This document shows positions 16,194 to 26,427 of a stretch of 36,841 bases of DNA, piece after piece (the stretch's first letter is position 1; the number at the start of each line of letters is the position of its first letter). The position numbers were made by a program, and so were the translations under genes. The DNA comes from a virus (lineage: Duplodnaviria > Caudoviricetes), in IMG/VR virus record IMGVR_UViG_3300017747_003994, positions 1 through 36,841 of that record. The stretch is one strand, 5' to 3'. The notes beneath the pieces are model-generated. The model worked only from the letters and a program-made list of their open reading frames with translations. It was not told where the DNA came from and ran no database searches.

Positions 16194-19100
16194 TGGCTGA
16201 AACAAAAAACTTATTTACTGGCGGTATGCAGATGGACTTGGATAAAATGTTCCAAGCTAAAGATTCTGCACGTATTTCTTATAACGGACGTATAATTACA
16301 AATGTTGATAAAACTTATTCTTGGGAAAATCAATATGGTAATGTTGTAGGTTTTACTATTAATCCTGATAATGGAAATGATACTGACCGTTATCTTCCTA
16401 TTGGTTGGGTTGCTGAAGCCAATTTTGTTATTTTATTTTTAAAATCAAATGTAGGTACCAATTCAGAAATAGGAATGGTTTCATTGGATAAATTTGGTTA
16501 TGGTATTTATCGTACATTATTTAATGATGTAAATGATGTAAATAATGAATTATTAGAATTTGATACTACTAATGGTATTAAAGCAAAAATAGTTTGGGAA
16601 ACAGAAAATGCTATTCGTTGTTATTGGTGTGATGGTGTTGCTACTGATAGTAATGAATTGCGATCAATTACACTTTCTTATGATTCATCTATTGGTCCAA
16701 GAACAGATGTAAATGCTTATACTTTAGAAAGTGCTTCTGTACATAGTATGAACGTAAATGCTAATTTTCGAATGGGATTAGTTAAGTATGTTCAAAAAAT
16801 AAATGGCGGTTTACTTTCTGGTGTTTATCAGTATTCTTATAGACTTGGTTTAAATGTAGGATATGTAACTCCATTTGTTCCTCTAACAAAATTTATTTTT
16901 ATTACTTCTGACCAACAAAATAATACTGATTGGAATCTTTATGAAATGGAAGGTTCTGGTTTAGCTACAAATAAAGGTAATAGAATTCAAGTAAAAGGAA
17001 TAGATCAAAGATATGATTATATAGAAGTTGCTTATTTGTTTTCAGAAACAAACTCTACTCCTACTGAAGCAAAGGTTTTTTTAAAAACACAAATTACTAG
17101 TGATAATATGGAATTTGACCATTCAGGTAATGTTGGAACTCCTTTTATTTATCAAGAGTTTAAAGAATTATTTATTACTTTAAAAGCAAAAACAATAGAA
17201 ATTAAAGACCAAGTATTATATGCTGGAAATGTTGCTGAAACAAATTTATTTCTTGATCCTGAATTAATTTTTCAAAATCTTGTTATTGAACCTTATTTTA
17301 AACAAATGCGTTCAGATGACAGAGTTCCTACAGATTATCCTTTACATACACAGGAAGGAAGTATTACTTCTCCACCAGTAACAAATCAATCAACAAGAAC
17401 AGGAACAACTACTAAAAATCTTTATGATGGACAAACGGAAACGTATATCATAAATGATGATTATGTAAATTATAAAGGTACACAAGTAGTAAACCTTTAT
17501 GGTGGAAATTTTCGTGGAGAAACATATCGATTATGTATTATTGCATTTGATTTAAAAGGATTCCCTACTTCTGCTTATCATCTTTGTGATTTTTCTTTTC
17601 CAGAACAATATCAAGATGATTATTCTTGGATTAGAATACGTGAAGATAATAGTACAGTTTCTTTTTCGGGAACCGCTTCTAATAGAGCGTGGCCAACAAA
17701 TAGTTATGGTGATGTTGATTATACTGGTGAAGATACAGTATTAGATGGCGATGATGAATTAGATAATGAAGCATCATTTATTCGTTTATTAGGATTAAAA
17801 GTATCAGGAATTGACCTTTCTGCTTATCAATCAAAAATAAGTGGATTTATGTTTGCTGTTTGTGAAAGAGATAAAACTATTTTAGTTCAAGGATTAGTTT
17901 ATCCTACTCATCGTGATGGTTCTGATTCACGTCCATTTGCTTCTTATCATCAACGTTGGCAAATATCAGGTTCTGATTTTTATGATGTAAACTGTTTTAT
18001 TGGAAGAGCTGGTGCGCATGGTGATAGATTTTATTCTCGACCTAATTTATTTAATCTGTACGCTCCAGACTGTGATTTTGATTCAAGTCGTATTCCTAAA
18101 CTTCAAACATCAGATAGATTAAGAATTGTTGGCAGTGCTTGGCAAGGTGATAGTCCAGATTATTCTGTTTATTTTACTGATACAGATCCTGGAGTTGGTC
18201 AACAATCTTTACAAAAACTTTATCGTACAAAAAATACATATCTTGATGTTGCTGATTATGCAAATGGATATCCAGCTTATGGTGACCAAACAGACATGTC
18301 AAATATTTTTGTTGTAGGAATAAATGGAGAAGTTTCTAATTATTCTCCAGGATTAAATATTAAAAATAGTATTGAGATTTTTGATCATTATAAATATGCA
18401 GCTGGAACAGATAATCTTTATGGTGCCGGTAAATGGAATACATTGTTTATTCAAACAGGAAATTGGGGAGCAAGTCCAAATGGACATATGTTTAATTTTG
18501 CTGATGATGGTGCTGGAAATACTTCTACATGTGCTTATCAAATTGTAAACTATGTTAGAGATAATTCAAATCCTTATGGTGGACAAAATATTACAGCATT
18601 AGTAAATTCTATTTTTTATAATGTAGGTCATTTTATTCCTGTTAATAATCCATCTTTTTCCGATCCGGCTGGATATGTTTATGATAATTGTGAGTTTTGG
18701 GGTGGTGATTGCTATTTAGATTATATTGGATTTATGCGAATTTATCCTGAGTATTCAAAAGAAGATGAAATTGATAATAATGATGTTTCGTATGGTGTTG
18801 TTTTTCCTTTAGAATCTGAATTTATTCATTCATTGCGACAGGCTGCAACATCTGGTGATCCAATTTATACACATGCTGGAGCAAGACCTAAACGTGAATG
18901 GAATGGATCAAGTGTTCCTAATTGGCCTGATGGCTTATTTCATTATTCAGGTAATTCAGAACTCATTGAAGAGTTTAACTTAAATTCTGTATTACTTTAT
19001 AAAGATGTTGTTTGGCTTTTAGGGGCTTTAGATCCATCTTATGTTTTATCAGATAAATATCCTGCACGATGGAGATATACATTACCAAAAATTTATGGAG

Positions 19101-20461
19101 ATACAACTGATGTTTTTAGAAGATTTCAAGTAAATGATTTTAGAGATGTTGAAGGTGTGTATGGACATATTATGGGTTCCGCTTCTTTGTTTAATCAAAT
19201 TTATTCACTTCAAGAAAGTGCTGTTGGAAGACTTCGTGCTTCTGATAGAGCAATGATTGAAGGTGCAGTAGCTGGAACATTAAGTACAGGTGTTGGAGAT
19301 AGATTAGATGGTATTGATTATATTACTACTGATTATGGTTGTCAGCATCAATGGAGTATTATTTCTAGTTCAAAAGCTTTTTATTGGATTGATGTAAATC
19401 TTAAATCATTTTTTAGATTTGCTCAGGATGGGATTTTAGATATTAGTAAAGAAAAAAAGTTAAATGATTTTTCTCAATATATTTTACCTCAATTTCAAGG
19501 TATTGATAGTCCATATGAAGGCAACGGAATATTAGGATATATTGATTATGATAATGGTGAAGTTGGATGGTCATTTTCTGCTGACCTTACTTTTATAGAA
19601 AATCAAGAATTTACTCTTACAAATAATCTTTCTGATTCAAATAGTCTTTATAGGCATCATGTTCTTTGGAATGGTCAATGTATTATGCTTACTGTAGATA
19701 CTCCTATTACTCCTGGTAATGGAATGTATTTACCAGAGGGAAATACTATTTATGGTTATTTAGATTTGTTTCAGTTTTATATAAAATTTATTGCTGATGA
19801 AGATTTAGAAGTTTATACAATGAATTCATTAGGTGTAGTTACATTAATTGGAACATTAACTTCTACTGGTTACTATCGTTTTTTTAGAAATAAAATAGAT
19901 GAACCTTGGCAAATGGCTTCGGTTATTCGTTTAGAAGGTCATTCTATTTTTATGGGTATAACTTATAATGAAGAAGGAAATTTTGTATCTTCTATTCAAC
20001 CGGTAAGACCATCGTTTTTCTTTTGGCATAAAAATGCTTTATATGCTACTTCATTTTATGATGTAACTAATAACGATATGTTTTATATGAATCACGGTGA
20101 TGTTGGTAATTTTTGGAATGGTGAACTTTATCGTGCTTTTGTTAATCCAGTTATTAATGAAGCAGGTGATGTTTCAAAAGTTTTCGATGTAATGCGATTA
20201 AATTGCAATAAAAATACTGATATAATAATGGGTAAAGTAGAAATGTATACTGAAAATCAGGGTTATTATATTACATATTTTGGTGACACTAGAAAACAGT
20301 ATCGTGAAGGAATTGCTTGGATGCCTTACCGTACAAAAACACAAACTGATCGTATGGTTGGTAAAAGTATGGAGGTTTCATTAAGTATTAGTAACTTGCA
20401 AAACATTAAAGCAACAATCAGTTCATTAACAAGTGAGTTTAGAATTTCAAACAAAAAATAA
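16193..20461 (+). CDS. Muzzle / tail stabilization protein (P22 gp10-like)
   Basis: 1422 aa; N-terminal NLFTGGMQMDLD; G.L.SG.YQY.YR, GNFRGETYR, YGCQHQWS, KVFD, REG.AW motifs. Confidence 0.85.
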   Translation: MAETKNLFTGGMQMDLDKMFQAKDSARISYNGRIITNVDKTYSWENQYGNVVGFTINPDNGNDTDRYLPIGWVAEANFVILFLKSNVGTNSEIGMVSLDKFGYGIYRTLFNDVNDVNNELLEFDTTNGIKAKIVWETENAIRCYWCDGVATDSNELRSITLSYDSSIGPRTDVNAYTLESASVHSMNVNANFRMGLVKYVQKINGGLLSGVYQYSYRLGLNVGYVTPFVPLTKFIFITSDQQNNTDWNLYEMEGSGLATNKGNRIQVKGIDQRYDYIEVAYLFSETNSTPTEAKVFLKTQITSDNMEFDHSGNVGTPFIYQEFKELFITLKAKTIEIKDQVLYAGNVAETNLFLDPELIFQNLVIEPYFKQMRSDDRVPTDYPLHTQEGSITSPPVTNQSTRTGTTTKNLYDGQTETYIINDDYVNYKGTQVVNLYGGNFRGETYRLCIIAFDLKGFPTSAYHLCDFSFPEQYQDDYSWIRIREDNSTVSFSGTASNRAWPTNSYGDVDYTGEDTVLDGDDELDNEASFIRLLGLKVSGIDLSAYQSKISGFMFAVCERDKTILVQGLVYPTHRDGSDSRPFASYHQRWQISGSDFYDVNCFIGRAGAHGDRFYSRPNLFNLYAPDCDFDSSRIPKLQTSDRLRIVGSAWQGDSPDYSVYFTDTDPGVGQQSLQKLYRTKNTYLDVADYANGYPAYGDQTDMSNIFVVGINGEVSNYSPGLNIKNSIEIFDHYKYAAGTDNLYGAGKWNTLFIQTGNWGASPNGHMFNFADDGAGNTSTCAYQIVNYVRDNSNPYGGQNITALVNSIFYNVGHFIPVNNPSFSDPAGYVYDNCEFWGGDCYLDYIGFMRIYPEYSKEDEIDNNDVSYGVVFPLESEFIHSLRQAATSGDPIYTHAGARPKREWNGSSVPNWPDGLFHYSGNSELIEEFNLNSVLLYKDVVWLLGALDPSYVLSDKYPARWRYTLPKIYGDTTDVFRRFQVNDFRDVEGVYGHIMGSASLFNQIYSLQESAVGRLRASDRAMIEGAVAGTLSTGVGDRLDGIDYITTDYGCQHQWSIISSSKAFYWIDVNLKSFFRFAQDGILDISKEKKLNDFSQYILPQFQGIDSPYEGNGILGYIDYDNGEVGWSFSADLTFIENQEFTLTNNLSDSNSLYRHHVLWNGQCIMLTVDTPITPGNGMYLPEGNTIYGYLDLFQFYIKFIADEDLEVYTMNSLGVVTLIGTLTSTGYYRFFRNKIDEPWQMASVIRLEGHSIFMGITYNEEGNFVSSIQPVRPSFFFWHKNALYATSFYDVTNNDMFYMNHGDVGNFWNGELYRAFVNPVINEAGDVSKVFDVMRLNCNKNTDIIMGKVEMYTENQGYYITYFGDTRKQYREGIAWMPYRTKTQTDRMVGKSMEVSLSISNLQNIKATISSLTSEFRISNKK

Positions 20462-20467
20462 ATTTTT

Positions 20468-21160
20468 ATGGCTTTATTTGAAGATAATCAACAATTAAGT
20501 AAGCAACAGAGATACGATAATCTTACTCAAACCAAACGTGGTGAAGGTAAAGGCATGATGGCTCTGCTTGGTTACAATGCTTTAGGAGAACAAAATGGTT
20601 GGGGAAAAATAATGGCCATGAATCCTATTGATACTGGCGCTGGTATGCGTCATCGTATTGCTACTAGTGTAGCTGATGGAACATCTAAAGATATTATGAA
20701 AGCAACCCAAGATGAAGCTACAGCTATGGGATGGTCAAAAGCTGCACTTGCTTTTCAAGTTGCTAAAGCTACTGTTCCAGGAGCAAATTTACTTAGTAAA
20801 GGTAGTTCTGCAATTACTAAATTACTTGGTGGTGGTGCAGAAGCAAAAGCTGGATTTAATGCTATTCTTGGAGGTGCTGAAAAATTAACAGGAGATTTAG
20901 GTGTTGATCCAAAAACAAGTTTTATTTCTAATTTGCTTGGTGATGAAGCTGGATTAAAAGGTGAGTTAAATAAATTGAATGAAAAAGTTGCTGGAAATAC
21001 AGGAGCAAAAGGTGCTATTGGAAATATGATGTCTGGAAATATTTTTGGTGCGATTGGAAATAGTATTGTTGCTAGCGACAGTTTTTTGAAAGAAGATGAC
21101 AGAGAGTTAAAAAATCTCACTGCAAATAATACGATTGTACAAACAGATAATTATTTATAA
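20468..21160 (+). CDS. Putative ejected cargo protein (Gly/Ala-rich, amphipathic)
   Basis: Position after the muzzle as for crAss cargo protein 1; Gly/Ala-rich hydrophobic helices. Confidence 0.55.
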   Translation: MALFEDNQQLSKQQRYDNLTQTKRGEGKGMMALLGYNALGEQNGWGKIMAMNPIDTGAGMRHRIATSVADGTSKDIMKATQDEATAMGWSKAALAFQVAKATVPGANLLSKGSSAITKLLGGGAEAKAGFNAILGGAEKLTGDLGVDPKTSFISNLLGDEAGLKGELNKLNEKVAGNTGAKGAIGNMMSGNIFGAIGNSIVASDSFLKEDDRELKNLTANNTIVQTDNYL

Positions 21161-21161
21161 T

Positions 21162-24100
21162 ATGCCTAAGTTAAGCCCTAAAGAGTTTTATAAAAAGTAT
21201 TACCCAATTGTAGCAAAAAGGGTAAATGGAACAGGTATTTATCCTGAAACAGTAATGGCGCAAATGGCTATTGAAACTGGTTGGGGTCAATACGCTCCTG
21301 GAAATAATTTTTTTGGTATTAAAGGTAAAGGCCAAATTCAATCTACAAAAGAATTTAAAAATGGTAAAATGGGCACTGAAAATGCTAGTTTTATAACTAA
21401 TAATTCATTTGAAGATTCATTAGATAGTTATGTTAAATTAATTACTACAAGTCCTAATTATGCTAAATCATTAAAAGCAAAAAACGCTGAAGAACAAATA
21501 ACATTAATACATGCGGGTGGTTATGCTACTGACCCTAATTATGTAAGTAAAGCTAAATATGTTTGGTCTATTACAAATGATATTAATAAGGATGCTCTTT
21601 ATCAACAAAAAGGTGAGAATAGTGGTATTAATACTGTAAATGAAATAATGAAAACTGTTGATGGCACAGTTAAAAGTGTCAATTCAACTGGTAATGAAGC
21701 TTTTAAATCAAATGCTGAAAAGTATGGCAAATTTGCGGGAGATTTAAAAGTTAATTCTGACATTGTAAATAATTCAAAGACTACTGCTAATAAAGAAATA
21801 ACTACTGCTAATAAAGAAATAGAAACTAAGGTTGCTGATAAAATAGAAACTAAGGTTGCTGATAAAATAGTTACTGAGTCAAAACCTGAACCAGAATCAA
21901 AAAAAGTAACTAATAAAAAAGCTAAAACTGAAATTATTTCTGTTACATATTTAGACCCAAAAAAAAATGGTGGTGGACCTGACACTTATCGTATTAAATA
22001 TAAAACAAGTGATGGTGTTGAAAAATCATATACACATAGTCCTCAAAAACCTATATTTAAATATGATGAAGAAGGTAATTTGTATAGCATTAATCAAGAT
22101 GAAAATGGTAATTTTGGAATGCGTATTCCTTCAATTGGAAGTGAAGAATTTAGTGGTGTACCTGTAGATTTAGCTTCAAAAAAACTTACTGATATTCCTC
22201 CTGCTGAAAAAAATAAACCTGTAACTGTTTCAGAAAATAAATCTGTAACTGTTTCAGATAATAAACCAATTGTTGATTCAAAAGGATTAGAAAATAATAA
22301 AACTATGAGTAATACAAATAAAACAGAATTATTATCTGAAAAAATAAATGATGATGGTAAAACAAAAAATATAAAGGTTAAATTAATTGATGGAACAATT
22401 AAGCAATATAAAATTGACAAAGACAGTCAATTTGTTCCTATTGGTTATGGTGGATATATTTTTAGTGATGATACCGACCATCATTATAAAATTCCTAGAG
22501 ATAAAGATGGATCATTAAGTTATCATTCAGGTGAAAATGCAAGATTTAATAAAATTTATAAAGAAGAAGCTAAATATGTAAATGAAAAAATTAATACTGA
22601 AAAAGTAACAGAAGCAGATATAGAAGCTATGCAATCTATTATGAATTTAGATTTAGCTTCAGGTCAAGAAAAAGAAGATATTTTTAACGATCTTAATAAT
22701 GATTTTTTTATTCCTATAAAAACAAAGTTTGAAGAAAATCAAAAAAACAATAGTGAAAAAGAAATTAAAAAATTAAAAGTTAAAATGGCTACTTTAAAGC
22801 CTGATGATCCTGAACGACAAAAAATTGAATCTACTATTAATGAACATCAAACTTTTATTAATGAAACAAATAAAACTAATTTTGATTGGGGAAGTCCTAG
22901 TGGATATCAAGAGTTAAAAAAACAATTTGATAATTGGTCTAAAGAAATAAAAGGAATAGATGGTAATTCAAATTATGCCAATGGACAAAATCCTGATGGC
23001 ACAAGTAGTAGTGGAAGTGCTTCTGTTAGGGTTTCTACTACTACTCCTGGAACTGCTGAGGCTGTTGGTGGACCAAATACTTCTGCTGTTGTTGATGAAA
23101 AAGGTATTGCTAATGACATGACTTATACTGAAGGTGGTGAAGTAATATTTAAAAATAAACCTACAGATAAAGAAGCGCTTCAAAAAAAGATTGATGAAGA
23201 TAAAGCTACTCTTGATACTTTAAAAAATTATAAAGAAAAAGAGTTTGAATATGCTCCAGATGCACAACCAAAGCGTGATGCTCTTGGTTATGGTATGGAT
23301 TTAGCTCGTGTAGTTATTGGTATGAAAGGGGCAAATAAAGAACTTCCTACATATAAACAAACCGATGAGTTTCAAAAATATATTAATGATGCTACTGCTC
23401 GTAAAGATATGGGTATGCTTCCACAAGTAAAAGATTATTATCAATCACAAAACGAACTTGGATATGCTTACGATGTAAAAAATATTGCTCGTCTTGCGGG
23501 TGGTTCAGCGGGTAATGCTATGGCTAACCTTGGTCGTGCCGCCAATACTTTCCAAGAAGGAAATATGAAAATTGCAGCACAAGATGCTTTAATGCGTAAT
23601 CAAAATTGGAGTCAATTTGCAACTGCTGCCAGTGCTAATGAACAAATAAATGTAAATCAATTTCAAAATACTTATAATCAAGCAATGATGGACAAGACAG
23701 CGGGTGCTGGACTTGTTGCCGATGCTTTAACAAATATTGGTGATAGAAATCAATTTGAAAATGCTTATGGTAAAGGTTCTCAAATGTATGAATATCAAAA
23801 GTATTTAACTGAAAATGTTGCTTTAGATAATCAAGCATTAAAAGATGCTTCAGCAAATATGCGTGATCGTTCAGCTAGATTTATAGAAGATGAAATTACA
23901 AAAAACCAACAAGAATTAGATAGAGCAAATTCTGCTTCTGTAATTACTGCAGAAGGTTCAGATTATAAACCATTACCTGAAAAAGCTAACGAGCAACTAT
24001 ATTCTCCCGAATCAATGAATGAATATAATTCTGGAATTATTAATAATATAACAAGTCAAGAATTAAGTCCTGATGGAACAAGAATTGTTGGTCAAAGTTC

Positions 24101-24851
24101 AATGACTGCAATGACTCCTGAACAAATTGCTTCACAATCTAAAACAGGACCATTTGCTAATGGTATGAATGTTGACCAAATAAAAGCAATGGCTCAAAAA
24201 GGTGAACCTATTTATAGTTCAGTTGTAAATACTCCACAGTTTACAAAATCAAAAGAAATGATTACTCAAAAATTAGATACGCAAATTGCTGACCTTAATT
24301 CTCAAATGGCAAATTCAGACAATGAAGAAGCAAATTTAATAACAAAAGCAAAGATTAATTTAGTAAAAGAAAAGCGTAAGGAATTATTAGATAAATTAGT
24401 GGCCGAACAAGAAACATGGGCTGACACGCAATTTGATAAAGAAACACAAGATTTTATTGGTTCTGGTGAAAACGCACCTACTTATGATTGGTTAAATAAA
24501 GAATTAGGAACTGATACAGGAACTGATGATAATTCAGAAGTAATTAAAGATTCTGAAATCCCTGTTGTTAATGATAAAACTGATGCTGATATTAAAAAAT
24601 CAGTAAAAGATTTAAAAAAAGAAAAAGATGTAGAACTTGATTTAGGTCTAAGGACTGACAAAATGGATAATGAAATTAAAGAAAAAGTTTATCAGGGAAT
24701 AATAAAGACAGATTATCACAAAAAAGATATAGCTGATATTATTGCTAAAAAATATCCTAAACGTAAAGAAGAAAGGTTATTAAAGGCTTTAGATAATGAA
24801 GTAAAAAAACGAGTAAGTGAACAATACGAAAAAGGATGGGAAAAAAATTAA
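21162..24851 (+). CDS. Cargo/ejection protein with N-terminal GH73 (FlgJ-like) peptidoglycan hydrolase
   Basis: AQMAIETGWG...NNFFGIKG...TKEF...GYATDPNY are GH73 glucosaminidase motifs; ATG 21162 follows the upstream stop; C-terminal Ala/Gln/Asn coiled coils. Confidence 0.85.
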   Translation: MPKLSPKEFYKKYYPIVAKRVNGTGIYPETVMAQMAIETGWGQYAPGNNFFGIKGKGQIQSTKEFKNGKMGTENASFITNNSFEDSLDSYVKLITTSPNYAKSLKAKNAEEQITLIHAGGYATDPNYVSKAKYVWSITNDINKDALYQQKGENSGINTVNEIMKTVDGTVKSVNSTGNEAFKSNAEKYGKFAGDLKVNSDIVNNSKTTANKEITTANKEIETKVADKIETKVADKIVTESKPEPESKKVTNKKAKTEIISVTYLDPKKNGGGPDTYRIKYKTSDGVEKSYTHSPQKPIFKYDEEGNLYSINQDENGNFGMRIPSIGSEEFSGVPVDLASKKLTDIPPAEKNKPVTVSENKSVTVSDNKPIVDSKGLENNKTMSNTNKTELLSEKINDDGKTKNIKVKLIDGTIKQYKIDKDSQFVPIGYGGYIFSDDTDHHYKIPRDKDGSLSYHSGENARFNKIYKEEAKYVNEKINTEKVTEADIEAMQSIMNLDLASGQEKEDIFNDLNNDFFIPIKTKFEENQKNNSEKEIKKLKVKMATLKPDDPERQKIESTINEHQTFINETNKTNFDWGSPSGYQELKKQFDNWSKEIKGIDGNSNYANGQNPDGTSSSGSASVRVSTTTPGTAEAVGGPNTSAVVDEKGIANDMTYTEGGEVIFKNKPTDKEALQKKIDEDKATLDTLKNYKEKEFEYAPDAQPKRDALGYGMDLARVVIGMKGANKELPTYKQTDEFQKYINDATARKDMGMLPQVKDYYQSQNELGYAYDVKNIARLAGGSAGNAMANLGRAANTFQEGNMKIAAQDALMRNQNWSQFATAASANEQINVNQFQNTYNQAMMDKTAGAGLVADALTNIGDRNQFENAYGKGSQMYEYQKYLTENVALDNQALKDASANMRDRSARFIEDEITKNQQELDRANSASVITAEGSDYKPLPEKANEQLYSPESMNEYNSGIINNITSQELSPDGTRIVGQSSMTAMTPEQIASQSKTGPFANGMNVDQIKAMAQKGEPIYSSVVNTPQFTKSKEMITQKLDTQIADLNSQMANSDNEEANLITKAKINLVKEKRKELLDKLVAEQETWADTQFDKETQDFIGSGENAPTYDWLNKELGTDTGTDDNSEVIKDSEIPVVNDKTDADIKKSVKDLKKEKDVELDLGLRTDKMDNEIKEKVYQGIIKTDYHKKDIADIIAKKYPKRKEERLLKALDNEVKKRVSEQYEKGWEKN
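21780..21869 (+). repeat. In-frame tandem repeats: 21 bp x2, then 24 bp x2
   Basis: ACTACTGCTAATAAAGAAATA x2 (21780-21821); GAAACTAAGGTTGCTGATAAAATA x2 (21822-21869). Confidence 0.9.
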
Positions 24852-24891
24852 ATCAATCGAATAAAAAAACAAGAAGTTAATAAAATTAATT

Positions 24892-26427
24892 ATGGCAGAT
24901 TTTGGACTTTATTCCGCACTTAGATATAAAGATGATTGGCAATCAAAACGTGCTGACCAACAGGTTAATACTCAAGCTTTAGAAAGACATCGTGCTGCTT
25001 TAGATAATGATTTAAAGCAACGTCAAGAAACTGAAGCTCGTATGACTGAAATGTTTGATACTCTTGCAAACATGGATGTTCTTACTGAAGACCAAGACAG
25101 AGTTAAAGCTATTGAGGCTGATGCTCGCAAAAAGATTTATGCCGGTGTTGCTAAATACAATGGTGATTTAAAAAGATATGTTAATGTAGGTGGTATTTCA
25201 GATTTATCTGATTATCGTAATTCTGTATTACAATCAAAAGAAGTTAAAAATGCAATCACTAACAAGATGAATCTTGGTTTATTTTTGGATGCATCTAGTA
25301 AAGGAATGTATGTAAAACCTTTAATGATGGAATCGGAAGTTGTCGATCCTATTACTGGAGAAAAAAAAGTTGTTCCTAAACAAGTAAGTTTTGAAGACCA
25401 ATATAAAATGTTTAAAGAAGGTAAGATTGACCAGTTACAATTTAATGGTGCAGAAAAACCTGCTGATATAAGCATGATGGATTTTAAAGCAACAATGAAA
25501 GACCATACTAATCCTTACTCTACAAAAAATATTGTAACTGCTTCGGAAATTTATACAGCAGCTATTGGTAAAGGAGTAAGTAAAGAACAAGCTACACAAT
25601 TATCAAAAAATTATACAGATATGGTTAATCAAGGTGGTGAAGTTTGGAGATGGGGAGCAAAAGATATGGATGATTACAATTTGAATGCTTATAATGCTCA
25701 AACAAATCGTATGAATGCTACTACAAGTAGAATGACTGTTGAACAAAAAATGAGAGCTGATATGGCTGCAAGTCAGGAAAATCAAATGGGCAACCAATGG
25801 GCTACTTCATTACTTCAAATGTCTGATGGAGAAGTACGGCCTATTGAACCCGATATGAAAACAAATAAATTAATCGATGTAATGATTGGTTTAAATCCTG
25901 CAACTGAAGATTCTGATGGTTCTGTTCCTGCTGGACAAAAATATAAAGCAGATCCAAATAAAACTTATTTCTTTCAAAATGGAGAAAAAGTTGATCCTTC
26001 AGCTGTAAATGCTCTTTATGTTTTAGATTATACTCGTTATGTAAAAATAAATGGACAACCTTGTGTTGAATTAACTACTATTGGTGATGATGACACACAT
26101 CATGAAGGAATTTCAACTTCTACTTTAGGTGTAGATTATATTTCTACTTTAGGTCAAAGTAGAGGATTTACATATACAAATACAAATATTGGTGGTGGTG
26201 TTTATACAGGTAAAATTTATGTACCTATTACTGAATTTTTAAATGATGCATCTTCTGTTCAAGGTATTAATAAGAAAAGAATGCTTGTTAATTCTAAACA
26301 TGAATATACTGCTCCAAGTATGGGCAATATACAACAACAACAAATGGTAGGAGATTATTATAATAATGGTACTATGAATGCAAACAATACTACTCAAGGT
26401 TTAATTGAAACAGGAAAAAGAAAATGA
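24892..26427 (+). CDS. Putative cargo protein preceding the virion RNAP (511 aa)
   Basis: Coiled-coil N-terminus; ATGA coupling to the giant ORF; synteny. Confidence 0.7.
   Translation: MADFGLYSALRYKDDWQSKRADQQVNTQALERHRAALDNDLKQRQETEARMTEMFDTLANMDVLTEDQDRVKAIEADARKKIYAGVAKYNGDLKRYVNVGGISDLSDYRNSVLQSKEVKNAITNKMNLGLFLDASSKGMYVKPLMMESEVVDPITGEKKVVPKQVSFEDQYKMFKEGKIDQLQFNGAEKPADISMMDFKATMKDHTNPYSTKNIVTASEIYTAAIGKGVSKEQATQLSKNYTDMVNQGGEVWRWGAKDMDDYNLNAYNAQTNRMNATTSRMTVEQKMRADMAASQENQMGNQWATSLLQMSDGEVRPIEPDMKTNKLIDVMIGLNPATEDSDGSVPAGQKYKADPNKTYFFQNGEKVDPSAVNALYVLDYTRYVKINGQPCVELTTIGDDDTHHEGISTSTLGVDYISTLGQSRGFTYTNTNIGGGVYTGKIYVPITEFLNDASSVQGINKKRMLVNSKHEYTAPSMGNIQQQQMVGDYYNNGTMNANNTTQGLIETGKRK

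Noticed and set aside
21135-21161. Track start of the GH73 cargo protein at TTG 21135
   Set aside because: It overlaps the upstream gene; ATG 21162 directly after the stop is more plausible.
21780-22270. Repeats as a diversity-generating retroelement TR/VR pair
   Set aside because: They are short adjacent in-frame duplications without adenine-specific variation, and no reverse transcriptase is in the window.
5639-25797. Short nested or antisense track ORFs inside structural genes (5639, 5906, 6833, 8351, 8904, 9279, 11032, 11935, 18126, 18353, 20755, 21602, 21967, 22094, 22968, 23635, 25212, 25603)
   Set aside because: They overlap long genes with recognised motifs and show the Ser/Phe/Leu/Ile bias typical of alternative frames.
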